Below, in pieces: positions 41,201 through 49,612 of a DNA stretch of 64,000 bases. A model generated the notes under the pieces. That model did not search any database and was not told where the DNA came from. It saw nothing but the letters and a program-made list of their open reading frames with translations. Source of the stretch: Vairimorpha necatrix (lineage: Eukaryota); contig CP142728.1 in the NCBI GenBank assembly GCA_036630325.1, positions 124,001-188,000 on the forward strand. Reading direction: 5' to 3'. How positions within the stretch are numbered: position 1 is the stretch's first letter; the number at the start of each line of letters is the position of its first letter. The position numbers and the translations under genes were made by a program.

Positions 41201-41371
41201 TTCGTATTGATAATTCAGAAAATGAGAAATTTCTGAATATTCATCTTTTAGATAAATAGAGTCGTCTACTATTATTTGATTATCTTTGCGGATCATTATA
41301 CTTCCATTATTGGAGTATAAGTCGCCAGTGACTTGTTTTATTTTGTAATTTAGTAAATAATAATTTTCCAT
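38267..41371 (-). CDS. ELP1: Elongator subunit Elp1/Iki3
   Basis: IIFIEDNG (cf. VFFERNG), GHWRVK (cf. YHWYLK) and C-terminal RGIPGNLYEYEFYL (cf. RGKKGTIYEEEYL). Start MENYY after ACCCTCTT. Confidence 0.7.
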   Translation of the reverse strand: MENYYLLNYKIKQVTGDLYSNNGSIMIRKDNQIIVDDSIYLKDEYSEISHFLNYQYEFVLVENKKTIFLINKHNLNKSELGSFTDEIVEATSNNKYTLVVTKKSVILFSNEYFDIIGETNLETEICKAILSSDDVFVLIYENKVEFYNLKMEKISECKMKCLSGCYIERYNYWALVTEREIIFIEDNGCIFNRIPLIKEILQGNLYNLKCESFENKLILATGNLITLLVLVDGHWRVKFITELEGEFVSFYDRKVYSKKNDTLFYYFINKEYSKIGNMFLVSDYKDLLVYNFDKKKLAEHDFKLEFKEDIKRILVDRDEFGIIFSKRLLVFDKEFEIIRREENKFKHNICLKNTQIINEDKLIFKKKDIKILSIENSKIESSNIHNSKHKKPIKRLNDILNIHNINGKIITINTNGEIYSEENKLIFKSKPITSEYTIDYKNGKIYLLYQNTLIYDDVILDNITSFYVSDSLLYTKHDKLYLYNTFTFTDTDFKLLGTTDLEIYGISRFNSIDTYYNKEHIKKQIEKYFKNEEYSKSIEMMIKHNIKINMENINIEKMKDLNYKYIIYIIDEVIQDYDLVLDDEFVYIINKFATNKYEFTSRWTNHQILRNSTNNISDRSNTYNISDTNNIIKILYNYIKNNTIQDKSKIQIFIDDLFVAFNNNSDILDYIFMKCSRIDLCFLYTRNLERCIKLIKNNISLEEIKKNIVLYYGKIQDISKIEEICHFINEDVYILEELQTDYHKILEYYKLFDELIYYLIINKLQDELERVIKKYDLYDKLLVYIIILNNQYSERINLVELYVKGSDVKKKIWIYEYLQEWDKLLEVYLENDMYHEIFNFKYISTSNYKDKILRNLEDRNKFKDLGIIYEIYLDDPERSLKYFVLSRSTRDIYRLWKILKVNFDLLDLCVTHYRALENNKRKLDKYKKRLNNIQHDIEDDTFSVTSVCKTNRGIPGNLYEYEFYLEKINDILVELVKWTEETKMILEMSNNKELRGLLDNLKEEVKNIPELYKVGYERSKELIMCVDITAIIGN

Positions 41372-41502
41372 AAGAGGGTATTCATTTATGCAAAAATAAA
41401 AAAAAAGAATATTTATACTTTTAAAATTTGCATAAACAAATTTGGATTTGTTTGTATTAAAATAAAATGTTACTTGTAAATTATGCATATTTTATTATGT
41501 TT

Positions 41503-41742
41503 TTACATGTTTCTTCTTTTTCTTGTTTGCTCCCTATGGAATAATTTGGGCCCATCAAACATTGACTCATATTTCAGTCCCATTTTTTCATACAGTTCAT
41601 TTTTCTCTTCTTCTTCTTCTGTTTTATTGTTCTCATCAAGCCATTCATTTTTATAGTCGATATTTTTATACAAGTCTGATTGTTCATCATTTGTCCACTC
41701 ATTGACTTGTTTCGTATTATCAAAATTAGTCCAGTCACTCAT
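41503..41742 (-). CDS. Small acidic hypothetical protein
   Basis: 79-aa ORF with ACCCTTTTT before the ATG, repeated Trp-containing acidic motifs and a basic C-terminus. Confidence 0.65.
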   Translation of the reverse strand: MSDWTNFDNTKQVNEWTNDEQSDLYKNIDYKNEWLDENNKTEEEEEKNELYEKMGLKYESMFDGPKLFHREQTRKRRNM

Positions 41743-41804
41743 AAAAAGGGTAAAATAAATAAAAAATTATAATAAATAAGTTACATGATATATTTTTAAT
41801 TCAT

Positions 41805-42110
41805 TTAATATCCCATATATTTGACTCCCATCTTCTTTAAAGAATACAAGACATCAGAACAAGTTATTGTCTTTCTCTTCGCATGATTAGCATAAACAAA
41901 TGAATAAGAAATAATTCCAGTCATGTAACTCTTGGCGGCTACTCTGATCTCATTAAAACAGCCTGATCCTACTCTACTGACACCTGCTCTCCTGGCTAAT
42001 CTTCTTATAGCTGGCTTACTAATACTCTCTTCATTAGAAGTAGTCTTTCTGTGTTTCTTGGCTATACCTTTGGCACTTTTAGATCCTTTTCCTCTTCCTG
42101 GTGCTGACAT
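41805..42110 (-). CDS. Histone H4 (divergent)
   Basis: GRGKG...AKKHRK, ISKPAIRRLARRAGV.R and HAKRKT...DV.YSLK. Confidence 0.95.
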   Translation of the reverse strand: MSAPGRGKGSKSAKGIAKKHRKTTSNEESISKPAIRRLARRAGVSRVGSGCFNEIRVAAKSYMTGIISYSFVYANHAKRKTITCSDVLYSLKKMGVKYMGY

Positions 42111-42156
42111 TGAGGGTGAAACACTTTCTTGTTTTTATAGTTTTTTGAGAAAAAAA

Positions 42157-42187
42157 GGCGGGATTTCTACACGAAAAGGCGGGAAAA
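42157..42187 (-). promoter_or_regulatory. Two E2F-like elements upstream of histone H4
   Basis: GGCGGGAT (42157) and GGCGGGAAAA (42178) on the + strand, i.e. TCCCGCC on the H4 sense strand. Confidence 0.6.
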
Positions 42188-42501
42188 ACAAAAAGTGAAA
42201 AAGCAAAATGGAGAAAACACAATAACTTGGTGTTTTAAGACTTTTAAATTTTTACCTAATAAAACCAAAATTATTTCTTTTTTTTAAAAAAGAAAGGAAC
42301 AAAAATAACATTTAAAATGGGATAAATTTATTTTATGTCAAATAAATTAATGCGAACAAGTAGATTGTAATTTAAAATGATTCTTTCTTTATGAAAAAGA
42401 TAAGAATGTTATAATATTTCATGCGCATAAATGAAAATGATTTCATGTAAATAGATAATAAAATATAAGCAAATTGATTTTCATTCACAAATTAATTTCA
42501 T

Positions 42502-43233
42502 TTATTTCTCGTTTACTTCCTTAACTAAAAATCCACTAGAAATTTGTACTCTTCTTAGTTCTTCTGATAAATCAACATGAAATAATTTACTTCTTTCTTT
42601 AATTTTTAAATTCAAAGAATCTAAATCTTCTTGAAGATTTAGTAAATTAATTGATAATTTAAAATATAAAATTTCATGCTTTTTATATTCTTCCTTAATT
42701 TTCTTATAAAGGAGAGTTTGTTTGTTTTTAACAAACAAACTCACATCTAATAAATTACAAATCCAAATATTTAAATTTACAGGATCCAAATCTGTTTTTT
42801 CAAAAAACAGATTTATTTCTTTTTCACACAATTCATCAATTTTATTATTATCTAAATTTCTAAGACTATTTAAAACCATTATTTTTTCTGTAATTTTTAA
42901 ATTTTTAATATTTGCATAAATTGAATCAAATAATTCTAAAATTAAAGAATTTAAATTTTGACAATTTACAAGTTTTAAAATGTCAAGTTTACAGTAAATT
43001 TCTTTTATATTGTTAAATTCTAGAAAATCTTTTTTTATAAGATTTTCTATTTTTAAATGATCTTCTTTTGATAAATTATGATTTTTTAAAAAGTCTCTGA
43101 GTTTAAATTTGTCATTTATGACTTGTTTGAGAAATTTGTGGTTTTTGGCGTGTTGTGCTTGTAAAAGCAAATCTTTTTTTTGTTCGTACAATTCGTCCAA
43201 TTTTTTGAATTTTTCGATTAATTTGTCCACCAT
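42502..43233 (-). CDS. Hypothetical helical/coiled-coil protein
   Basis: 243-aa ORF, K/L/E-rich, with no recognised motif. Confidence 0.7.
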   Translation of the reverse strand: MVDKLIEKFKKLDELYEQKKDLLLQAQHAKNHKFLKQVINDKFKLRDFLKNHNLSKEDHLKIENLIKKDFLEFNNIKEIYCKLDILKLVNCQNLNSLILELFDSIYANIKNLKITEKIMVLNSLRNLDNNKIDELCEKEINLFFEKTDLDPVNLNIWICNLLDVSLFVKNKQTLLYKKIKEEYKKHEILYFKLSINLLNLQEDLDSLNLKIKERSKLFHVDLSEELRRVQISSGFLVKEVNEK

Positions 43234-43340
43234 AGGAAAAAAACAAAAAAAAACGAAACTTATATTTAAAAATCCAGTAAGTTTATAAAAATTATATTAA
43301 GTCTATGGTAAATTTTTATTACATTCATAAGTCTATAACG

Positions 43341-43540
43341 AATATAAATTAGTTTATAAGTGTAAATAAACAAATGCAAATTAATTTACTACTATGTTTT
43401 TATATAATAAATTTAAATTAGTATATAAATGTAAATAAACAAATTAAACTCACTAATATATTTTATATAATAAATTTAAATTAGTTTATAAATGTAAATA
43501 AACAAATGCAAATTAATTTACTAATATGTTTTTAATAATT
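43341..43540. repeat. ~62-bp AT-rich tandem repeat (about 3 copies)
   Basis: Recurrent taaattagtttataaatgtaaataaacaaatgcaaattaatttacta unit. Confidence 0.75.
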
Positions 43541-43553
43541 AATTTATTTGGTT

Positions 43554-46484
43554 TTACCATTCTAAATCTCTTAATTGTTTCAGCTTGTCGCTCAAAGGCA
43601 ATAATTCTTTTTTTACTCTCGTCCTCATATAAAATATAGGACAATCCCTATTAGCGCACAATATCTCGTCTTGTAAACTTCCTTGACATCTCTGACACTC
43701 AGTCCAACATTCATTATAAACAACTTTCTTGTTTTCTATCTCTGTCTGTAATTTGACTAAATGTTTATAGAAATCTGGTCTACAATTTTTACACAAGATT
43801 GTACCAGAAGTCTTACAACTTATACACGTAGTTTTAGTCTGAAGAAAGGCATTCATAGGCCCCTTGACTTTGACAATATTGGACACTACACGAGTGTGCT
43901 CTCCTTTTAATAATTCTGAGACATTGTCTACAATAGGCTCAAATAGCCTGTGAAGAGGTTTAGCCAATTGTTGATCAATATAATATTCTGTATCAATAGG
44001 CAGATTATTCTCCAAAACATAGACAGGATCTTCAGCCTTATCATAACCAGCCACTTTCTTCCCTTTTTCTACCATAATGTAGCCTACTCTGTTCCCTAAG
44101 GCACCAGCAGACTCATCTCCTCTCTTCTTCATTTTCTCTGCTAATTCTACATGGGCTTGTTTACTCGCGTACTTCTCGCCCGATTTCGTGATCGCCTTGG
44201 AAATGACCAATTGACTCAAATCAATTTTCCCTTGGTAAAGATCTTGGACTATTTTCTTAACATAAGATTTGGCACCTTCTACATCTTTCTCAAATAATAT
44301 TTTATTAAGACAAGTCTCTATAACTTCTTTAACTAAATTACAATTATCTCTTCTTACTGTCTCTATCCCTTTAGTATCTATTTTACTAGACTTGTCCGGG
44401 TTAGTGTAAATTAACCCAGCATACCTCTTTTTATTAATTAAAAGATAAGGATAATAAACCTTCTCAAACTCAAGAGCAACAGGCTTAATAAACTTAGTAG
44501 TCACATAATCCGCAATTTCTTTTGCCATTTCGAAGACTTTTTTCATGTCGCTTTCTCTGAAATTTATCATAACAGAATCTGTGTCTCCGTAAATGACCTC
44601 AGTGTCATGAGAAAAGCCTTTGCTCTTCGAATAAGTCGTCTCAATAATATTTTTAGTAAAAGCAATCATTTCACGGCCAAAAGACGTCGTACTCTGGGAA
44701 ATTTCTATACAAGGCAATTTACCAATACTAGCACCAGTAAATCCATAAATAGAATTCGCACATGTCTTAATTGCCAACTGTCTAGCACTCAGACAAGATT
44801 TTATAACTGGATCTTCTTCCAAATTCATTTCTTTTTTTGTAGCTTTTCTTGACGCCAATAAATTCGTCAAGACTTTAGGCAAAAGACCTTCTCTAAGCTT
44901 GACATCAGCGAAATAATTATTAGTAGGCGTCTTTATACCTCCATATTTCTCATATTGTTCTTTAGTAAGTAAAGTAGAATAACAAAGATTTCTACTTATC
45001 ATAATAGAAGGATACAAAGATGAGAAATCTAGTACTGCTATTGGTTGAGGATAAAATCCTCTTAGTGGGTCCATAACAAACCCGCCTTCAAATGTCGACT
45101 CATTTTCTGAAACATTTAAAACTGGCACGAGGTAGTCATTTTGAGCCGCGGCTCTGTAAATCAAAGTTAAAACTTTTATACTGACGCCTCTACTCGAGAA
45201 ATAATCCACAGGCACGCCTGTGACACGACTTAATTCTGTAAAATTAATTAACATATTTAACTTATTAAAAAGTCTTAGTGGCAAAAGTGTATCTTTTAAA
45301 CAATAAGAAGCAATACGCTTTCTTGTGTCACGAGTTCCTTCTTGTAAATCGTGCATCGAATGATGTGGCACATCTTCTTTTTGTTCTTGTAAAAAATGTA
45401 AGCTGACAGAATTCAAAGAATAACTTCTCAATTTGTGTTCTCTCCTGATAATTTGCATCAGGTCGAATATAATTCGACCTTCTATATCTATTTCTGTCGT
45501 ATTTAGATTTCCAATTTGTCTTGAACTGAATACAGTATTTTTAACTTTAGAATTTTTATCAGTTCTACCTAACTTGGCAAAATCTTCAATGAAAAAAATT
45601 TCTCCTCTGTCTAAAATGTAAGGAATGTCAAATTGTTTCAAATTGTATCCTAAAATTATATCAGGATCTTCTTTTAGAAAATATTCTCTCCAAGAAATTA
45701 ATAAATCTTTTTCAGTTTTAAAACTTTTTACTTGTGCGCCTGGAATAGGCGCCGTATCTTTGAGACAGAAGATTGTTTGCTCGATTTTGTCATGTTCGTC
45801 GGAATATGAGACAGTGTTTCCTATTTGAATTATAGGATCTTTAGATGAGATTGGAAATGATATTTTGTCTAAACTGACAGTTTCAATATCAATACTCAGA
45901 ATTTTGAATCTTGGAAGTTTGACGAATTCGCCTTTGATTTCCAAAGGTATGACGTCTTTATAAGAACATGACAATACCAAAGGTGTTTCAGTTAAAGTAT
46001 TATAATGCTTAATTTTTAGATATTGCATTCCCACAATATTCATATCTACCATAAAACGAAGAACAAAAGGAAAATTACTCTCAAATAGTTTAAATCTTAC
46101 GTTATTATTTCCTATTCTGATTCCTTCTTCCAATAAAGTTTTTAATTGATAAAAAACTGCTGGTGTATTAAAAGTCAGTTTAAAAAAGAGCGATTTTTTT
46201 TCTGAGTACCCGTACAGAGGATATTTCATAGCAGTGTCAACTTGAACAAGTCTTCCTTTTAGATTTAATTTATCAATGGCTTGTTTTATTTGATCTTCGT
46301 AAATATTTAAATCTCCTACTGGTTGGATATACAAATAAGGAAGAAAGTCTCTTACAAGTACTTGTATAGGTTTACCATCTTTAGTAGTACCAAAAATTTT
46401 GATTATTGGTTCGCCAGTATTTAAACCACTAGAGTCAATAAAAAAATCAATATTAGTTTTTAAAAAAATAATATCACTAGACAT
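43554..46484 (-). CDS. POL3: DNA polymerase delta catalytic subunit
   Basis: ExoI DIET, DFSSLYPSIM, KxxANSxYG, YGDTDS and C-terminal CysA/CysB (CQRCQG...CANRDCPIFY). Start MSSDI after ACCC. Confidence 0.97.
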   Translation of the reverse strand: MSSDIIFLKTNIDFFIDSSGLNTGEPIIKIFGTTKDGKPIQVLVRDFLPYLYIQPVGDLNIYEDQIKQAIDKLNLKGRLVQVDTAMKYPLYGYSEKKSLFFKLTFNTPAVFYQLKTLLEEGIRIGNNNVRFKLFESNFPFVLRFMVDMNIVGMQYLKIKHYNTLTETPLVLSCSYKDVIPLEIKGEFVKLPRFKILSIDIETVSLDKISFPISSKDPIIQIGNTVSYSDEHDKIEQTIFCLKDTAPIPGAQVKSFKTEKDLLISWREYFLKEDPDIILGYNLKQFDIPYILDRGEIFFIEDFAKLGRTDKNSKVKNTVFSSRQIGNLNTTEIDIEGRIIFDLMQIIRREHKLRSYSLNSVSLHFLQEQKEDVPHHSMHDLQEGTRDTRKRIASYCLKDTLLPLRLFNKLNMLINFTELSRVTGVPVDYFSSRGVSIKVLTLIYRAAAQNDYLVPVLNVSENESTFEGGFVMDPLRGFYPQPIAVLDFSSLYPSIMISRNLCYSTLLTKEQYEKYGGIKTPTNNYFADVKLREGLLPKVLTNLLASRKATKKEMNLEEDPVIKSCLSARQLAIKTCANSIYGFTGASIGKLPCIEISQSTTSFGREMIAFTKNIIETTYSKSKGFSHDTEVIYGDTDSVMINFRESDMKKVFEMAKEIADYVTTKFIKPVALEFEKVYYPYLLINKKRYAGLIYTNPDKSSKIDTKGIETVRRDNCNLVKEVIETCLNKILFEKDVEGAKSYVKKIVQDLYQGKIDLSQLVISKAITKSGEKYASKQAHVELAEKMKKRGDESAGALGNRVGYIMVEKGKKVAGYDKAEDPVYVLENNLPIDTEYYIDQQLAKPLHRLFEPIVDNVSELLKGEHTRVVSNIVKVKGPMNAFLQTKTTCISCKTSGTILCKNCRPDFYKHLVKLQTEIENKKVVYNECWTECQRCQGSLQDEILCANRDCPIFYMRTRVKKELLPLSDKLKQLRDLEW

Positions 46485-46667
46485 GGGTAAAATAAAAGAT
46501 AATTTATAAAAAGTCTTTTGTAGAGTCAATATTAGTTTTTAAAAAATAATATAACAAATCATTTGGGTAAAATAAATTTTTATAAAAAGTCTTTGTAGAG
46601 TCAATATTAGTTTTTAAAAATATATAACAAGACATAAGTATTATAAATTATTCAATAAAAAGTCTTT
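46447..46667. repeat. Three degenerate ~70-79-bp tandem copies of the POL3 start cassette
   Basis: tcaatattagtttttaaaaa...cat...taaaaagtcttt units begin at 46447, 46526 and 46601. Confidence 0.85.
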
Positions 46668-47399
46668 TTATTCCTCACCGTCGACACTAAAATCTTTATA
46701 TTTTTCAATTATTTCACTATATTGATTTTTTTCTAATCTTACAAATTCCCCATTTGTTTCTTCACACATGATACCAATTTCAATATCAAAAGGTTTATCT
46801 TTTAAAGGATCATAAGATTTATAAAGAATTCTTATACCATTTTCTACTAAATCTCGAATTTCCATATTTTCCAGATTTAATTTTTCGAGTTCTGTTTTTA
46901 CAATTCGAGATCCTTTGCCGATGACAGAGCTTTTAAAAAACAAAGATTTCCCCGTACAATCAGTTTGGAGAATTTTATATTCATTTTTATATTTTGAACA
47001 AGTTAGTAGATTTATTCCTATAGGTCTCACGCCTGAGTACCTAGTAAATTGATGAATAATGTTTACTATTTGGTTTCTTACGCTTTCATGACTGACATCC
47101 ATGTCATTAGAGTGTTTTTCGCTGATAAGGTTATTTTTCAAATTTTCATTTATATAAACAAGGTCTGTTTCTATACCACTAGAGATTTGGAATATAGAAT
47201 TATTTACTTTTTTTATTCTGAAGTTTTTTTCGGAGACATAGAGTTTTGACTCTATGGGTTTCTCGGCTATCATAATGAGGCCTTTTTTATTTTTCATACA
47301 AATAGCAGTGTTCCCGTTATCTGCTGCTTTTTGAGCGTATCCTATTTGTAAGATGTCTCCTGTGTTTGTGTAAACAGTGTCCACGTCCAAAATCGCCAT
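46668..47399 (-). CDS. PRE10: 20S proteasome subunit alpha-7 (PSMA3)
   Basis: GDILQIGYAQKAADNG, HQFTRYSGVRPIG, KTELEKL and KDKPFDIEIG. Confidence 0.85.
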   Translation of the reverse strand: MAILDVDTVYTNTGDILQIGYAQKAADNGNTAICMKNKKGLIMIAEKPIESKLYVSEKNFRIKKVNNSIFQISSGIETDLVYINENLKNNLISEKHSNDMDVSHESVRNQIVNIIHQFTRYSGVRPIGINLLTCSKYKNEYKILQTDCTGKSLFFKSSVIGKGSRIVKTELEKLNLENMEIRDLVENGIRILYKSYDPLKDKPFDIEIGIMCEETNGEFVRLEKNQYSEIIEKYKDFSVDGEE

Positions 47400-47580
47400 G
47401 GGTAAAAAAAAATCAAAATTTTTAAATTTATTTTCAAGTTTGTGTCTAAAAAGATTTTATGTCTTTTTAGACTCCATGAAAATGCACAGAGCCAAGCAAA
47501 TGGTGTCAAAAAGATTTAAAAAGAAATTAAAGTAAACTTGAATGGCAAAATTTAACAAAATCGCATATTATAAATCTAAG

Positions 47581-47782
47581 TGTTACCGGCTGTGTTGCAC
47601 ACGCCAATAATCAGACTAAAACTTAAAGATGAAACAGTTGATAATGATCTGAAACCATCTAGGTTTCAGATCCGAAACTAAAACTATTTAAGAAATCTTA
47701 AATAGACTAAATATGCCAAATAAATATAGTTCTTCTTCTAATAAAAAGCCTTCTTCAATAACCAGCTCTCCTTCTGGTAACA
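47581..47782. mobile_element. Solo LTR (202 bp) of a second LTR-retrotransposon family
   Basis: TGTTACC...GGTAACA inverted termini (TG...CA) flanked by a 5-bp CTAAG duplication (47576-47580 and 47783-47787), with internal AATAAA. Unrelated to the 29466 LTR. Confidence 0.8.
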
Positions 47783-48044
47783 CTAAGTAAACTTGAAATA
47801 AAATTTACTTATTTAAAATCGCATATTATTTCTTGTCTTAACTTTTTATGAAACATATACCATTTTTTGATGTACAAGATCTTTTTGGTATTCACAATCT
47901 TAAATTAAATTGATCTTCGTCTTCCCAGTAAAAAAAGATGTTTTTTTTTTAGTAATTCATATATATAAATTATGATATCTTTTTTAAAAACCAACTTATA
48001 TCTAAATTTGTCTTAATTATTTTCTTTCTACCCTAATTCTCTTA

Positions 48045-48809
48045 ATGGTTTCTATAATAAATTACAAATTCAGAAGTATGAAGAATTTTAGTACAATCAC
48101 CATAGAAGGAAATGGTCTTCCTCTCTGGGAACTTAAGTACGAAATCATCACTCAGAAGAAAATGCAGAGTAAAGATTTCGATTTATTATTTTATGAAAGT
48201 GCTACTAATGAGAAGATCACTGATGAATATTACCAGATAGAAAGAAATAGCCACATAATCGTAGAAAGAATCCCTTTGTGGATGTCAAGCACAGGCTACA
48301 ATGTAAGGGACAAGAAGAAAGAGACAGTCAAGATGCCCAAGTACAAAGCCGCCCCGCCTGAAACTTATGTCTGCTTCAGATGCGGCAACAAAGGGCATTT
48401 TATTCAGCACTGCCCCACGAACGAGGACAAGGCCTTTGATATCGCCCGAATTAGAAAACCCTCAGGGATTCCTAAAGATTTCTTGATTCCTGTCAAGGAA
48501 CCAGACGCCAATGTAAACACAGGCATGTTAGTAACCCCAGAAGGATATTATGTAAAAGCACAGCCACAAATACAAGAGTGGAAGAGGAATAAATTAGGGA
48601 CTAGTAATATTTCAGAGATACCTGAAGAATTAAAGTGTCCTGTTTGTAATAATTTATTTAGTAATCCAATTTTGACTAATTGTGGGCACACATTTTGCGA
48701 AGGGTGTTTTGGCATAAACTCGAAATGTCAAGTTTGTAAAGCGACAATAAAGACGACTAAAGAAAATACAGAAAAAAGAAAGAAAGTGGATTCATTTCTC
48801 AATAAATAA
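48045..48809 (+). CDS. MPE1: Mpe1/RBBP6 cleavage-polyadenylation factor (DWNN + zinc knuckle + RING)
   Basis: INYKFRS DWNN start, YVCFRCGNKGHFIQHCPTN knuckle, KPSGIPK and a CPVC...CGHTFC..C RING. Confidence 0.9.
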   Translation: MVSIINYKFRSMKNFSTITIEGNGLPLWELKYEIITQKKMQSKDFDLLFYESATNEKITDEYYQIERNSHIIVERIPLWMSSTGYNVRDKKKETVKMPKYKAAPPETYVCFRCGNKGHFIQHCPTNEDKAFDIARIRKPSGIPKDFLIPVKEPDANVNTGMLVTPEGYYVKAQPQIQEWKRNKLGTSNISEIPEELKCPVCNNLFSNPILTNCGHTFCEGCFGINSKCQVCKATIKTTKENTEKRKKVDSFLNK

Positions 48810-49612
48810 GTATTAAATAATTAATATAAATAAGTATATAAATTATATTTATATAAATTTAAATAATATACAAATGTGTATTAATTATATTTATATAAAT
48901 ATGTGTATTAATAGTATTATTATAATTTAAATAGTAGAAATAAGTGTATTATTAATATTATATAAACTAGGGAAAGCTTTCCCGTTTTAAAAACGGGATT
49001 TACATGTTTAGTTTTTTAATATGTATTTCCCCTTTTAATTTTGTTAAGTTTCCATTTTGGGATGAATGAATTTAGAAAGGGGAAACATGATTTTAAAAAA
49101 TACTTTTTAGTAACATATAAGGAGTAAAGTTGAGCTAAAATATTTAATAATTATAATGAGATAATTTTGGGATTTTCTAAGCTCAAGTTTTGACATTTAT
49201 ATTCAAAATCTTTATTAATAAATTAATTTGCAATTTTTCGTGGAAGGGTTAAATAAATTCTAAAAAACGATTCTGACGATATTTTGGAACTGAGTTTTCT
49301 AAAAATAATAATCAAAATTAAAAAGTATTAACTAATAACATACACACTTAGAATAGTCAAATTAAAGCAAAAAAATTTATATTTGATATTGCAAACACAC
49401 AAAAGTATGAAATATGTAGTCTGGACATTTCAAATTGACAAAAAAGAGGGGTAATAAATTAAATAAAATTCTTTTATATATATGATAAGTATAATTTCTT
49501 TTTTTTTTAAAAGATAATAAAGATTTGTTTATGCAAATCTCATAGTAAAAAATTTCATAATCTTTAAGATAGTAAAGATTTGCGTTTAAATCTTAATAAA
49601 ACACTTTTATAT

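Noticed and set aside
41372-41488. N-terminal extensions given by the ORF track (ELP1; also SEC5, the 6124 ORF, SRP68, NIC96, POL3, TAF4, RPC82)
   Set aside because: The extensions are AT-rich promoter sequence or use TTG/GTG starts; the downstream ATG sits right after the microsporidian CC(C) motif.
47581-47782. Structured ncRNA gene (RNase P/MRP, SRP, telomerase)
   Set aside because: No conserved boxes or template were seen; TG...CA ends with a 5-bp TSD fit a solo LTR better.
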